A DNA stretch of 64,000 nucleotides from an uncultured Candidatus Rokubacteria bacterium (GCA_963805625.1 CAWDVE010000013.1:544001-608000), one strand, 5' to 3'; positions 1 through 9,993 are shown, counted from the first letter of the stretch. Translations and numbers: made by a program. The notes: generated by a model from the letters alone, not told the origin.

Positions 1-2
1 CC

Positions 3-254
3 ATCACGCTCGACCGGCTGTACCTCGAGACCCTCCCCCGCGTCGCGGCCACGCTCGAGCTGGCCCTGCTCGGGCGCCTCGACGAGCCGGCCGCGTGCCG
101 CTGCCGGGCGCTCCTGCGCTCTCGCCCTCCGGAGTACGCGCGGGCGTTCTCCCCCCGCCGTGAGGGCGCGCCGGCTCGGGCTGCTCCTCCCCTCCTCGGG
201 CACGGTCCAGGAGGTGGGACACGATCGCCGCCGCGCTCGGCGTGCCCGTCGTGA
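3..254 (+). CDS. 3' end of an upstream gene (partial; possibly MTAP/purine phosphorylase-like tail)
   Basis: Frame 3 is open from the window start with high-GC codon usage (ITLDRLYLETLPRVAATLELALL...ACRCRALL), stop TGA at 252-254; the family call is weak. Confidence 0.3.
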   Translation: MTLDRLYLETLPRVAATLELALLGRLDEPAACRCRALLRSRPPEYARAFSPRREGAPARAAPPLLGHGPGGGTRSPPRSACPS

Positions 255-313
255 CCAGCAACCAGGCGGCGCTCGGCGCCGCGCTGCGCGTGCTCGACGG
301 GGACCGCGGGTGA
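160..313 (+). pseudogene. Asp/Glu racemase / maleate isomerase family remnant (internal deletion)
   Basis: N-terminal motif RLGLLLPSSGTVQE (frame 1) is joined out of frame to C-terminal motif LGVPVVTSNQAAL (frame 2, stop 311-313). Confidence 0.6.
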
Positions 314-353
314 GCCGCCGGGAACAGGCGGGCGGAGCGGGCCGGGACGACGC

Positions 354-575
354 TCAGGGATTCAGCGCCTTCCGCCGTTCCAGCTCGGCGGCCACCAGCC
401 GAGCGACGTTCTCGTGGCCGGCGGCCCTCAGGTGGCCGTCCAGCACGTAGTAGTCGGCCGGCCCGAGCGCGCGCGACACGTCGACGGCGTTGACCCATCG
501 CGCGAGCGCCACGTATCGCGGCTGGGCGAGCCAGCCGCGCAGCGCGCCGACGAACCGCCGCGACGTGCATCGGGC
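354..575 (-). pseudogene. C-terminal fragment of an SGNH/AlgX-like hydrolase
   Basis: VDVSRAL...YYVLDGHLRAAGHENVARLVA carries the DxH catalytic motif; no credible 5' part. Confidence 0.45.
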
Positions 576-599
576 CAGCCGCCCGATATACAGTGAGCG

Positions 600-2087
600 A
601 TGCTGGTGAACTCGGACGCGGCCAACAGAGAGCGACGGACGCCGAGCGACGGGCCGCCCGGAGCCGCGGCCGTCGCTCCCCTGGAACGGCTCCGTCCGCT
701 CGTGGTCCTCCTCCTCGCCGCGCTGGTCCTGTTCACGGCTCGCATGGGGGACCTGAGCCTCGCCTCGCTGGAGGATGCCTTCTACGCGCGCGAGGCGGTG
801 GAGATGGCCCGGAGCGGTCGCATCTACACCGTCACCTGGAACGGGGTGCCCACGCACCAGCACCCGCCGCTCCACCTCTGGCTCGTCGCCCGGACCTTCG
901 ACGCCCTCGGCGAGCGCGACCTCGCCGCGCGGCTCCCCACGGTGCTGCTGGCGCTCGGCACTCTTGCCCTCACCTGGCGGATCGGCGTGCTCACCGTCGG
1001 ACGCGCGGCCGCCGTCGCCGCGACGGCGTGTCTCCTCGCCACGCCGATCTTCGTCGACAACGCGCGCCGCCTCATGATGGAGGTGCCCCTCACGTTCTGG
1101 ATCACGGCCACCGTATGGGTGTACCTGGAGGCGCGTGGCCGCCCCCGGTGGCAGGTCGCGCTCGCGGTGCCCCTCGGCGCGGCCATCCTGACGAAGAGCG
1201 TGCTCGGCCTGATGCCGCTCCTCGCGCTCGTGGGCGTGCTCGCCAGCGAGGAATTACGCGCGCCCCTCCGCCGGCCCTGGGCGTGGATCGGTCTCGGACT
1301 CGGCCTCGGCATCGGCGCGTCGTGGCTCGTCCACCAGTGGTGGACGCAGGGACCGGACGCCGTGGCGTCGCACCTCCTCGCGCACGTGGTCCGGCGATCC
1401 TCGCGGTCCTTCCGTCTCCGCGCCCTCTACGCCTACCCGCTGATCCTGCTGAAGTTCTACCAGCCGATCATCCTCCCCGCCCTCGTGGGGCTCTGGCTCG
1501 TCCTCCGCCGGCCGGGCGGACTCCGCTCCCGGGCCTCCGTCCTCGCGGCCTGGATCGTGCTCCCCGTGGTCCTCTACAGCCTGTCGTCCTTCCGGACGCC
1601 GCGCTTCATCTTCCCGATCCTGTCGCCGCTCGCGCTCTGCGCCGGTCACGCCCTCGTCCTGATCGTCCCGCGCGTCGCGGCTCTCCTCGCATCGGTCCTG
1701 GTCCCGGCCGCCGCGGTGATCGTCGCCCTCCTCTTCTGGTGGACCCCGTCCCTCCTGACGCGGGACCCGAATGCCGCCTTCAAGCGGAACGCGGGGACGA
1801 TCCAGGCGCTGGCGCCCGCAGGCGAGTCGGTGCCGTACCTCGGGAGCCACTACTGGGCGTCGGCAAACCCACTCCTCTACTATGGCGAGCGCCACCTCGC
1901 GCTCTCCAGCCGGTCAGGCGCCGAGGCGGTCGAGGCGGCGCGGCGCCACGGTGGCCGGCTCATCCTGGTGACGCGGAAGCGGCTGCCCGAGCTGGCGGGC
2001 CTCGACGCCCCCCACGAGACCCTCCTTGAGGGGCGCGACTGGGTCCTGCTTCGTTTCACCGCGGCGGGCGGCAGCCCGGGCGGCTGA
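600..2087 (+). CDS. ArnT/PMT-like membrane glycosyltransferase (GT-C fold)
   Basis: EDAFYAREAVEM, HPPLHLWL, AARLP and LTKS motifs; many TM helices. Confidence 0.8.
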   Translation: MLVNSDAANRERRTPSDGPPGAAAVAPLERLRPLVVLLLAALVLFTARMGDLSLASLEDAFYAREAVEMARSGRIYTVTWNGVPTHQHPPLHLWLVARTFDALGERDLAARLPTVLLALGTLALTWRIGVLTVGRAAAVAATACLLATPIFVDNARRLMMEVPLTFWITATVWVYLEARGRPRWQVALAVPLGAAILTKSVLGLMPLLALVGVLASEELRAPLRRPWAWIGLGLGLGIGASWLVHQWWTQGPDAVASHLLAHVVRRSSRSFRLRALYAYPLILLKFYQPIILPALVGLWLVLRRPGGLRSRASVLAAWIVLPVVLYSLSSFRTPRFIFPILSPLALCAGHALVLIVPRVAALLASVLVPAAAVIVALLFWWTPSLLTRDPNAAFKRNAGTIQALAPAGESVPYLGSHYWASANPLLYYGERHLALSSRSGAEAVEAARRHGGRLILVTRKRLPELAGLDAPHETLLEGRDWVLLRFTAAGGSPGG

Positions 2088-2105
2088 GGACAGCCTGCCC
2101 GGCGC

Positions 2106-2588
2106 TCAGGGATGCTCGAAGCAGTAGTAGATGTAGTCGAGGTCGCCGGGCGAGCGCCCGAGACGCTCGAGAAGCAATCCCGTCTCCGCCCGGTGTGCCG
2201 TGCCGTGGTTCACGACGTGCGTGATCGCGTGCGCCAGCACGACCTGGCGCGCGTTCCCGCGGAGATCCGTGTAGCGGAGCACCCGATCGGCGTCGGTGTC
2301 GGAGAGCCCGGCGACGTACGCGCGGAGGGCCCCGTGCGTTGCCGCGTAGGCCTCGCGCCAGGGCTCGGCGATGGTCTGGTCGTAGGGCGGCGCCTCGCCG
2401 CGCCACCGCGCGAGCCAGTTACGCTGCGCCACGAGCGTGTGCCGGACGTTCGCCGCGATCGTCCCGAAGTACGCCTCGCGCGGCCGGGTGAGCTCCTCGG
2501 TCGAGAGTCCGTCGAGCGCTGTCAGGATCCGTTCGTCCGCCCACTGGTTGTAGGCGACCAGCCGGCGCAGCTGTCCCGAGTCAGCCAT
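2106..2588 (-). CDS. DinB family protein
   Basis: YNQWADERIL, FGTI...H, HVVNHGTAHRAE; ATG at 2588 after GGAGGG SD. Confidence 0.8.
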   Translation of the reverse strand: MADSGQLRRLVAYNQWADERILTALDGLSTEELTRPREAYFGTIAANVRHTLVAQRNWLARWRGEAPPYDQTIAEPWREAYAATHGALRAYVAGLSDTDADRVLRYTDLRGNARQVVLAHAITHVVNHGTAHRAETGLLLERLGRSPGDLDYIYYCFEHP

Positions 2589-2787
2589 GCCCGTTCCCTC
2601 CCTGCGTGAATGTGTCGTCGCGGCCCTGATCACCGTCCGGCCGCCGGAGGCAGCGTAGCATGCCGCCCGGCGACTGGACGGGCGCGCATGGCGGGAGATC
2701 CCCGCCTGTGGCAACATTTCGGACGGTCGGGCCGTGCCGCCCCGCCCTCGACGCCACCCGCGACGCGAGCATGACACGAGGAGACTC

Positions 2788-3903
2788 ATGAAGATCACCG
2801 ACGTCCGCACGATCCCACTGTCAGGGGCCACCCACGACACGGGCTGGCCCGGCGGCACCCGGACCGACGAGCAGATGAACACACTCCTCGAGGTGACGAC
2901 CGACGAGGGTCTCAGCGGGATCGGCAGCGTCTTCACGAGCCAGGCCCTGGTGGAGGCGGCGCTCCAGCTCCTCCGGCCCATGCTGATCGGGGAGACGGGC
3001 CTCGAGGCCGAGCGGGTCGCCGAAAAGCTTCGCCAGATGACCTTCTGGCAGGGGCGGGGGGGCAGCGTCGAGCACGCGATCAGCGGCATCGACATCGCGC
3101 TGTGGGACCTCCAGGGGCATGCACTCGGTCAACCCGTCTCGCGGCTCCTCGGCGGCAACTATCGGGATCGCATCAAGCCCTACGCCTCGATCCTCTTCGA
3201 CCACCCCCCGGTGCTCCGCGAGAAGCTCCTGGTCCAGACCTCGCGCGGCTTCCGCGCGATCAAGATGGGCTGGCGCCCGTTCGGCCGCGTCAGCCGGAAG
3301 CTCGACGAGCTGCTGATCAAGACCGCGCGCGAGACGGTGGGAGAGGACGTGGAGCTGATGGTCGACGCGGGCGGAAGCGAGCAGTTCTGGCCCCACGGCG
3401 TCTCCTGGGCTCGCGAGACCGCCAGGATGCTGGGCGACTACGGGATCGTCTGGTTCGAGGAGGCTCTCCGCCCCGACGACGTCACAGGCTTCAAGGAGCT
3501 CCGCCAGACCTCGCCCGTCCTCGTCGCCACCGGCGAGGTCCTCACGCGCCGCCAGGCATTCCAGCCCTTCATCACCGAGCGGGCGGTCGACGTGATCCAG
3601 CCGGACGCCACCAAGTGTGGCGGGCTCTCGGAGGTGCGCCGGATCGGCTGGATGGCGCAGGACCACGGGGTCCTCCTGGTCCCCCATGGCTGGAACACGG
3701 GCATCGGCGTGGCCGCGGACCTGGCGCTCAGCGCCGCGATGCCGGTCGCCCGCTGGGTCGAGTACCAGACCGGCGTGCCGTACATCGAGGACATCATCGA
3801 TCCGCCGTTCCGGCTGGACGACGAGGGGATGCTCCGGGTGCCCACGGGCCCGGGCCTCGGCGTGCGGTTGAACCGGGACGCGCTCAGGCGCTACACGCGA
3901 TGA
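2788..3903 (+). CDS. Mandelate racemase/muconate lactonizing enzyme family (enolase superfamily)
   Basis: MKITDV start, SGIDIALWDL, MVDAG, FEE, TGE, QPD, PHGW; SD GAGGAG. Confidence 0.88.
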   Translation: MKITDVRTIPLSGATHDTGWPGGTRTDEQMNTLLEVTTDEGLSGIGSVFTSQALVEAALQLLRPMLIGETGLEAERVAEKLRQMTFWQGRGGSVEHAISGIDIALWDLQGHALGQPVSRLLGGNYRDRIKPYASILFDHPPVLREKLLVQTSRGFRAIKMGWRPFGRVSRKLDELLIKTARETVGEDVELMVDAGGSEQFWPHGVSWARETARMLGDYGIVWFEEALRPDDVTGFKELRQTSPVLVATGEVLTRRQAFQPFITERAVDVIQPDATKCGGLSEVRRIGWMAQDHGVLLVPHGWNTGIGVAADLALSAAMPVARWVEYQTGVPYIEDIIDPPFRLDDEGMLRVPTGPGLGVRLNRDALRRYTR

Positions 3904-4343
3904 CGAGCTGGCCCGTCCGCCCCGGACGCGCGCGCGCGCGGGGCATCGTGGCGGCCCTGCTCCTCCTTACCGCCACCGGCTGCACTGGGGGCGGACCTGC
4001 TCCGGCCCCCCTGCCGGGTACCCAGGCCCTCGTCCGGAGCGAGCTCTACTTCGGCCGGCTCAAGCCGGACGGCAGCGTCGTGACGGACGCCGAGTGGCGG
4101 ACCTTCGTCGCGGAGCAGGTCGTCCCCCGCTTCCCCGACGGCTTCACCGTGCTCGACGCCCTGGGCCAGTACCGCGGCCGCGATGGCAAGATCATCGCGG
4201 AACCGACGAAGGTCCTGCTGATCGTCCACGGGCCGGATGCCCGGCCGCGCGCATCGATCCAGGAGCTCCGCGACGTCTACCGCCAGCTCTTCCAGCAAGA
4301 GTCGGTGCTCCTGATCGAGAATCCCGCCCGCGCCGGCTTCTGA
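3900..4343 (+). CDS. DUF3574 family putative lipoprotein
   Basis: ELYFGR...WRTF...VVPRFPDGFTVLDA.GQYR...FQQESVL; lipobox-like ATGC; ATGA overlap with the upstream stop. Confidence 0.8.
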   Translation: MTSWPVRPGRARARGIVAALLLLTATGCTGGGPAPAPLPGTQALVRSELYFGRLKPDGSVVTDAEWRTFVAEQVVPRFPDGFTVLDALGQYRGRDGKIIAEPTKVLLIVHGPDARPRASIQELRDVYRQLFQQESVLLIENPARAGF

Positions 4344-4355
4344 CGAGGTCAGACC

Positions 4356-5399
4356 TTGGCGACCCGGCAATCCGACACCCTGCCCTCACCGGCCTCGGCC
4401 GGCCGGCCCCGGACCGTCGATGAGAACGGCGCCTTCCGTCCACCCTGGTGGGGCAGGAACGGCCACGTTCAGACGATCTGGGGCCCCCTCTTCCGGAATG
4501 AACGCCTCTCGCTCCGCCGGGAGCGGCTGGCGACGCCCGACGGCGACTTCGTCGACCTCGACTGGCTCGACGGCGATGGAGACGCGACCGGAGCACCGAG
4601 ACTCCTCGTGCTCCACGGGCTCGAGGGGTCATCGCGATCTCACTACGCGTCGGGGCTCCTCCGGGCGGGGCGGGCGGCGGGCTGGCACGGCGTCGTGTTC
4701 AACTTTCGCTCCTGCAGCGGCGAGCTGAACCGCCTCCCGCGCTTCTACCACTCCGGCGAGACGGGCGACCTCGCCTGGGTGGTCCAGACGCTCGTCGCGC
4801 GTGCCCCCGGCGTCCCGATCGGCGCCGTCGGTGTCTCGCTCGGCGGCAACGTCCTCCTCAAGTGGCTCGGGGAGGTGGGCGGGGCGGCGCCGGCGGAGCT
4901 CCGGGGCGCGGTCGGGATCTCGGTCCCCTTCGACGTGGCCGCCTCCGCGCGTGTGCTCGACCGCGGCTTCCATCGTCTCGTCTACGCCGCCAACTTCCTG
5001 AAGACGATGCGCTCGAAGGTGATCGAGAAGGAGCGGCGGTACCCGGGCTTCGTCGACGTCGCGGCGATGCGCCAGGCGCGAACCTTCGCCCGGTACGACC
5101 GGGTCGTCACGGCGCCGTTGAACGGCTTCCGGGACGAGGTCGACTACTGGACCCGGGCCTCGAGCGGCCCCTACCTCGCGCGGATCCGCCGCCCGACTCT
5201 CCTCCTCGGCGCCCACGACGACCCGATCGTGCCCGGACGGACCCTGCCGGATCCCCGGGACCTTCCGCTGGACGTCCGGACCGAGTTCACCGCGCGCGGC
5301 GGCCACGCCGGGTTCCTCGAGGGCCGATGGCCCTGGCGTGCGGGGTCGTGGGCGGAGCGGCGCGCCGTGGAGTTCCTGACTTCCCTGCTGCGAGGTTGA
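4356..5399 (+). CDS. YheT-family alpha/beta hydrolase
   Basis: GHVQTI, DGDFVDLDW, LHGLEGSSRSHY, GVSLGG nucleophile elbow, DDPIV, GGHAGF. Confidence 0.88.
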   Translation: MATRQSDTLPSPASAGRPRTVDENGAFRPPWWGRNGHVQTIWGPLFRNERLSLRRERLATPDGDFVDLDWLDGDGDATGAPRLLVLHGLEGSSRSHYASGLLRAGRAAGWHGVVFNFRSCSGELNRLPRFYHSGETGDLAWVVQTLVARAPGVPIGAVGVSLGGNVLLKWLGEVGGAAPAELRGAVGISVPFDVAASARVLDRGFHRLVYAANFLKTMRSKVIEKERRYPGFVDVAAMRQARTFARYDRVVTAPLNGFRDEVDYWTRASSGPYLARIRRPTLLLGAHDDPIVPGRTLPDPRDLPLDVRTEFTARGGHAGFLEGRWPWRAGSWAERRAVEFLTSLLRG

Positions 5400-5516
5400 C
5401 GGGAGCTTGCTACGATGGCGCGGGCGCCCGTTCGATTCGCCCCGCGCCGATCGCCGTGCCGCCGGGAAGCCGCGCCCCGAGGAGTTGTGCCCCAGGGAAC
5501 CGTGCCCGAAGGAGCC

Positions 5517-6062
5517 ATGCAAATGACGCATCCCGAGCTGACCTCCCCGCTAGGCCCGCGCGAGGTGGCCAACGCGCTCCGGGCCACGCTCCTCGCCGTG
5601 CGCGTGGAGTGCACCGGGCTGCCCGGGGCCATGCTGCGCTGGCACCCTGCTCCCGGCGAATGGTGCGTCCTCGATGTCCTCGGTCATCTGATCGAGGCCG
5701 AGGAGCGCGGCTTCGCGGGCCGCGTCCGGACCCTCCTCGCCGAGACCGATCCCGAGTTCCGGACCTGGGACCCGGACGCCGTTTCGCGGGACCGGCGGGA
5801 TTGCGAGCGCGATTTTTCGGCACTCCTGGCCGAGTGGACGCGCCTCCGGGAGGCGAGCACCGCGCTGGTCGACACACTCCGTCCCGGGGATCTCTCGCGA
5901 GCCGGCCGCCACCCCCATGTGGGGCGGCTGTCCATCGCGGAGCTCCTGGCCGAATGGGTCCACCACGATCGCAATCACCACCGGCAGATCCTGGCCAACG
6001 TCCAGGCGTACGTCTGGCCGCATATGGGGAATGCCCAGCGCTTCTCCCGACCCGGCCCATGA
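5517..6062 (+). CDS. DinB_2 family protein
   Basis: PAPGEW...GHLIEAE, HDRNH metal-binding histidines. Confidence 0.75.
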   Translation: MQMTHPELTSPLGPREVANALRATLLAVRVECTGLPGAMLRWHPAPGEWCVLDVLGHLIEAEERGFAGRVRTLLAETDPEFRTWDPDAVSRDRRDCERDFSALLAEWTRLREASTALVDTLRPGDLSRAGRHPHVGRLSIAELLAEWVHHDRNHHRQILANVQAYVWPHMGNAQRFSRPGP

Positions 6063-6125
6063 CCGGGCGGGCCGGGAACGGACGCCGCGGCACCGCTCAC
6101 GCTGACTGACCAAAGGAGCCCGACC

Positions 6126-7106
6126 GTGCGCATCGTCATCCCCGAGGGAGCCGAGTTCGTCCAGAAGCCCGAGCACCTCGATCCCCTCCGCCGCCTCGGG
6201 GAGCTCGTCGTCTCTCCCGGCCACCCCCGCGACCGGGCCGACTTCATCGAGCGCGTCAAGGACGCCGACGTGGTGGTCCTCGACTACACGCTCATGGACG
6301 AGGAGGTGCTCGCCCGCTGCCCGCGCCTCAAGTTCGTCGCGTTTCTCGGGATCGGCTACGCGAGCTGCATCGACATCGAGGCCGCCACGCGCCGCGGGGT
6401 CGTCGTGAGCAACACGCCCGACTACGGGGCGACCTCCGTCGCCGAGCACTGCCTGGGAATGATCCTCGCGCTCACCCGCCACATCGCCACGTCCTACGTG
6501 TCCCTCAAGGAGGGCCGCTGGGAGCCCGGGCGGTTCCAGGGCTCTGAGCTCCGGGGCAAGACGCTCGGCCTGGTCGGCCTCGGCCCCATCGGCCAGGAGA
6601 TGGCCCGTCTCGGGGCGGGGGTCGGCATGAAGCTCGTGGGCTGGACCCGCCACGCGACACCGGACCGCGCGAAGCACGGCCTCGTCCTCGTCCCCCTGGC
6701 GGAGGTCTTCAGCCGCTCGGACGTGGTCTCGATCCACCTCTCGCTCCGGCCGGAAACGGAGCATCTCGTGTCGCGGTCCCTCCTCTCGCGGATGAAGCCG
6801 GACGCCTACTTCGTGAACACGGCACGCGCGAAGATCGTGGACAACGCGGCGCTGGCCGATCTCCTCCGCGCCGGACGGATCGCCGGCGCGGCGTTCGACG
6901 TCTACGACGAGGAGCCCGTGCCCCCCGGTCCCCACATCTTCCGCGACCTGCCGAACACCCTCATCACGCCCCACATCGGCTACAACACCCACGAGGCAAG
7001 CCTCAACATGCTGAACATCGCCATCGCAACGATCGCCGCCCATCTGAAGGGGGAGCAGCTCCACGTCGTCAACCCGGACGCGTTCGCGCACCGGAGCGGG
7101 CGCTGA
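6126..7106 (+). CDS. D-isomer-specific 2-hydroxyacid dehydrogenase
   Basis: GLVGLGPIG Rossmann motif, VNTAR, DVYDEEP, TPHIG; SD AAGGAG. Confidence 0.88.
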   Translation: MRIVIPEGAEFVQKPEHLDPLRRLGELVVSPGHPRDRADFIERVKDADVVVLDYTLMDEEVLARCPRLKFVAFLGIGYASCIDIEAATRRGVVVSNTPDYGATSVAEHCLGMILALTRHIATSYVSLKEGRWEPGRFQGSELRGKTLGLVGLGPIGQEMARLGAGVGMKLVGWTRHATPDRAKHGLVLVPLAEVFSRSDVVSIHLSLRPETEHLVSRSLLSRMKPDAYFVNTARAKIVDNAALADLLRAGRIAGAAFDVYDEEPVPPGPHIFRDLPNTLITPHIGYNTHEASLNMLNIAIATIAAHLKGEQLHVVNPDAFAHRSGR

Positions 7107-7132
7107 GCCCCGTCTGCCCGCGTCCCGCGCCG

Positions 7133-7936
7133 ATGCGGGAGCGCCTGGCGCTTCACACCTGGACGCTCGACTCCTCGCCCTTGCCGGACGCGCTCCGGAC
7201 CGCGCGCGATGCGGGGTGGCCGGCCGTCGAGCTCCGGCGGCTCGACTTCGCGCGCGCCGCCGAGGCCGGCCGGCCGGCCGAGGCGGTGCTGGATCTGGTG
7301 CGCGCGAGCGGCCTGGTCGTGGCATGTGTCGGCGGCCAGCTCGGCTGGATGTTCGCGGATGGCGCGGAGCGGGCGCGGCTCCTCGCGGCGATGGCCGAGT
7401 CCTGCCGGTGGGCGCGGGCTCTCGGGGCCTCGACCGTCATGAGCCCCGCCGACCTGGGGACGGGCGACCTCGCCCGGGCGGCCGCCGCCGTCCGCGAGGT
7501 GGGGGACATTGGTGCCGCCCACGGGGTCCGGATCGCGCTCGAGGCCCCGTCGCAGGCCGCCCAGCTCAACACGATCGAGCGGCTCCGCGAGCTGCTCGCG
7601 CGGGCGGACCATCGATCCTGCGGCCTTCTGCTCGACGCGTATCACCTCCACCGCGGCGGAGGTGGGCTCCGCGCTGTGGAGGATCTCGATCCCGGCGAGA
7701 TCGCCTACGTCCAGTTCAGCGACGTGCCGGCGTCGGGGCTCCAGCCCGGCCAGACCCTCGACCGCCTCCCGCCGGGCCGGGGTGTCGTCCCGTTCCGCGA
7801 TTTCTTCCGGCTCATCGCCGACTCGGGCTACGCCGGGTACTGCTCCTACGAGGCGCCCAATCCCGCTGCCTGGGCGCGGGACCCCCTGACCGTCGCCCGC
7901 GAGGCGCTCGCCGCGACGCACGCCGTCCTTCCCTGA
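7133..7936 (+). CDS. Sugar phosphate isomerase/epimerase (AP endonuclease 2 TIM barrel)
   Basis: IALE, LLLDAYH, VQFSD, RLPPGRG, SYE metal ligands. Confidence 0.82.
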   Translation: MRERLALHTWTLDSSPLPDALRTARDAGWPAVELRRLDFARAAEAGRPAEAVLDLVRASGLVVACVGGQLGWMFADGAERARLLAAMAESCRWARALGASTVMSPADLGTGDLARAAAAVREVGDIGAAHGVRIALEAPSQAAQLNTIERLRELLARADHRSCGLLLDAYHLHRGGGGLRAVEDLDPGEIAYVQFSDVPASGLQPGQTLDRLPPGRGVVPFRDFFRLIADSGYAGYCSYEAPNPAAWARDPLTVAREALAATHAVLP

Positions 7937-8000
7937 CGGGGTCAGACCCCAGCATGCCCACAGAACGCTCCACAGTCATGAGATCCGGGGTCTGACCCCG
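7937..8000. repeat. REP-like paired palindromes
   Basis: CGGGGTCAGACCCC (7937-7950) and GGGGTCTGACCCCG (7987-8000) are perfect 14-bp inverted repeats, each nearly self-palindromic. Confidence 0.7.
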
Positions 8001-8011
8001 CAGGAGGACGC

Positions 8012-8962
8012 ATGACCCCGAGGGGACTCGAGCTGAACGTCATGATCGAGGGCCAGGAGGGTCTCACCTGGGAGCGCTGGCAGCGCCTGGCGCGGGCCGC
8101 GGAGGACGGCGGATTCGGCGGGCTCTACCGCTCCGACCACCTCACCGGGCTCTTCGGGGACTCGACGCGACCCTCGCTCGAGACGTGGGCGTCGCTGCCG
8201 TGGCTCGCGACCGCGACGAAGCGGATCCGCTTCGGCCCGATCGTCTCCCCCCTGACGTTCTACCACCCCGCGCTCCTGGCCAAGCGCGCCGCCGCCATCG
8301 ACCAGCTGGCCGGCGGCCGCTTCGACCTCGGCATCGGAGCGGGCTGGAACGAGATGGAGCACCGCATGTTCGGGATTCCGTTCCCGCCGCTTCGCGAGCG
8401 CATGGACCGCCTGGAGTCCGGGGCGCGGGCGATCCGCGCGCTCTGGCACGGGACGCCGGTGACGCTCGATCAGCCCTACTCTCCGCTCGTCGAGGCGCAG
8501 AGCTTCCCCCTCCCGACGGGCGTGCGGCTAATCGTCGGTGGGCGCGGCGAGCGGCGGACGATGCGCGTCGCCGCCGAGCTCGCCGACGAGTGGAACGCGA
8601 CGCGCGTGACCTTCGACGAGTATCCGCGGAAGCTCGAGGTTCTGGCCGGCCACTGCCGCGCCGTCGGACGGGATCCGGCGACGATCCAGCTGTCGCTGAT
8701 GGCCCCGATCGTGGTGGGCCGCACGCGGGCCGAGGTCCTAGCCCGGCTGGCCCGGGGCCGCGAGTGGTTCCCGCGCGTCCCGGAGCACGAGGCGGAGTGG
8801 CGGGCCCAGAGCTTCCTCTTCGGCTCGGTGGACGAGGTGGTGCGTGACCTCCGTCGCTGGCAGGAGCTCGGGATCCGGCGCGTCATGCTCCAGTGCCTCG
8901 ACATCGACGACCTCGCCGCGCTCGAGCTCGTCGCCCGCGAGGTGATCCCCGCCGTCGTTTGA
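8012..8962 (+). CDS. LLM-class (probably F420-dependent) oxidoreductase
   Basis: MIEGQEG, RSDH, SPLTFYHPALLAK, GGRFDLGIGAGW..EH. Confidence 0.85.
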   Translation: MTPRGLELNVMIEGQEGLTWERWQRLARAAEDGGFGGLYRSDHLTGLFGDSTRPSLETWASLPWLATATKRIRFGPIVSPLTFYHPALLAKRAAAIDQLAGGRFDLGIGAGWNEMEHRMFGIPFPPLRERMDRLESGARAIRALWHGTPVTLDQPYSPLVEAQSFPLPTGVRLIVGGRGERRTMRVAAELADEWNATRVTFDEYPRKLEVLAGHCRAVGRDPATIQLSLMAPIVVGRTRAEVLARLARGREWFPRVPEHEAEWRAQSFLFGSVDEVVRDLRRWQELGIRRVMLQCLDIDDLAALELVAREVIPAVV

Positions 8963-8981
8963 GCCGGAGTGCCTGAGTCCG

Positions 8982-9896
8982 ATGACCCCTGACCGTCCGC
9001 CAGCGTCAGCGCCGGCCCCAGCGTCGGCCAAGATCTCACGCGCGGGCCGCCTGCGCGCTCAGCTCGCCCGCGGGCGCCTCACGGTGCCGAGCTGCTACGA
9101 CGCGCTCGGCTTCCGCATGATCGCCCGGGCCCGCTTCCCGGCGGCCTTCCTCAGCGGGTTCTCGGTGTCCGCGGCCCGGCTCGGGGTTCCGGACGCCGGC
9201 CTCCTGTCCTACGGCGAGATGGCGGCGCAGGCCCGCGACGTGGCGGCGTCGGCGTCGATTCCCCTGATCGTCGATGGCGACACGGGCTTCGGCAGCGCGC
9301 AGAACGTGCAGCGCACGGTCCGAGGCTTGGCCGCGGCCGGCGCCGCGTGTCTCATGCTGGAGGACCAGGAAAGCCCGAAGCGGGACTTCGGAGCGCCCGG
9401 CGCGGTGGCTCCGCGAGCTGACGCCCTTCGCCGGGTGAAGGCGGCCGTCCAGGCTCGCGAGGCCGGCGCCGAGATCCTGATCATCGGTCGCACCGACGCC
9501 CGCAACGCGGCCGGGCGAGCCAGCGGGCTGGACGAGGCGCTGTGGCGCGCCGCCGCGTTCGCGGACCTCGGCGCCGATCTCGTGTTCGTCACCGGGCCGC
9601 ACGACGCAACGGAGCTCGGGCGCGTCCGCGGCGCCGCCCGGGTGCCACAGATCGTTCAGGTGGACGAACCGGGTCGGACATGGCTCGGGCCGGCCCAAGT
9701 CCACGAGCTCGGCTTCGAGGTCGCGCTGTACGGGATCTCGCTCGTGCTCGCGGCCGCCGCCGCGTTTCGAGACGCGCTGGCCGCGATGGCCGCCGGCCGG
9801 CCGCTGCCGGACGATCGGGCCGTCACGTCCGGGGAGATCGGCGACATCGTCGGGGTAGCCGACTACCTCGCCGTCGAGCGCGACCTGGAGAGCTGA
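8982..9896 (+). CDS. Isocitrate lyase/PEP mutase family protein
   Basis: YDA, SGFSVSAARLGVPD, VDGDTGFG, LEDQ, GRTDA; catalytic loop reads KRDFG. Confidence 0.82.
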   Translation: MTPDRPPASAPAPASAKISRAGRLRAQLARGRLTVPSCYDALGFRMIARARFPAAFLSGFSVSAARLGVPDAGLLSYGEMAAQARDVAASASIPLIVDGDTGFGSAQNVQRTVRGLAAAGAACLMLEDQESPKRDFGAPGAVAPRADALRRVKAAVQAREAGAEILIIGRTDARNAAGRASGLDEALWRAAAFADLGADLVFVTGPHDATELGRVRGAARVPQIVQVDEPGRTWLGPAQVHELGFEVALYGISLVLAAAAAFRDALAAMAAGRPLPDDRAVTSGEIGDIVGVADYLAVERDLES

Positions 9897-9993
9897 TGAG
9901 TTGACGAGTCACCGGGCCGGGTCTACCGTCAAGACAGGCGACTCGCGAGAGCGCCGGGCGTGACTCGGCGGCGAAACCGCCGTCACCGTCACG

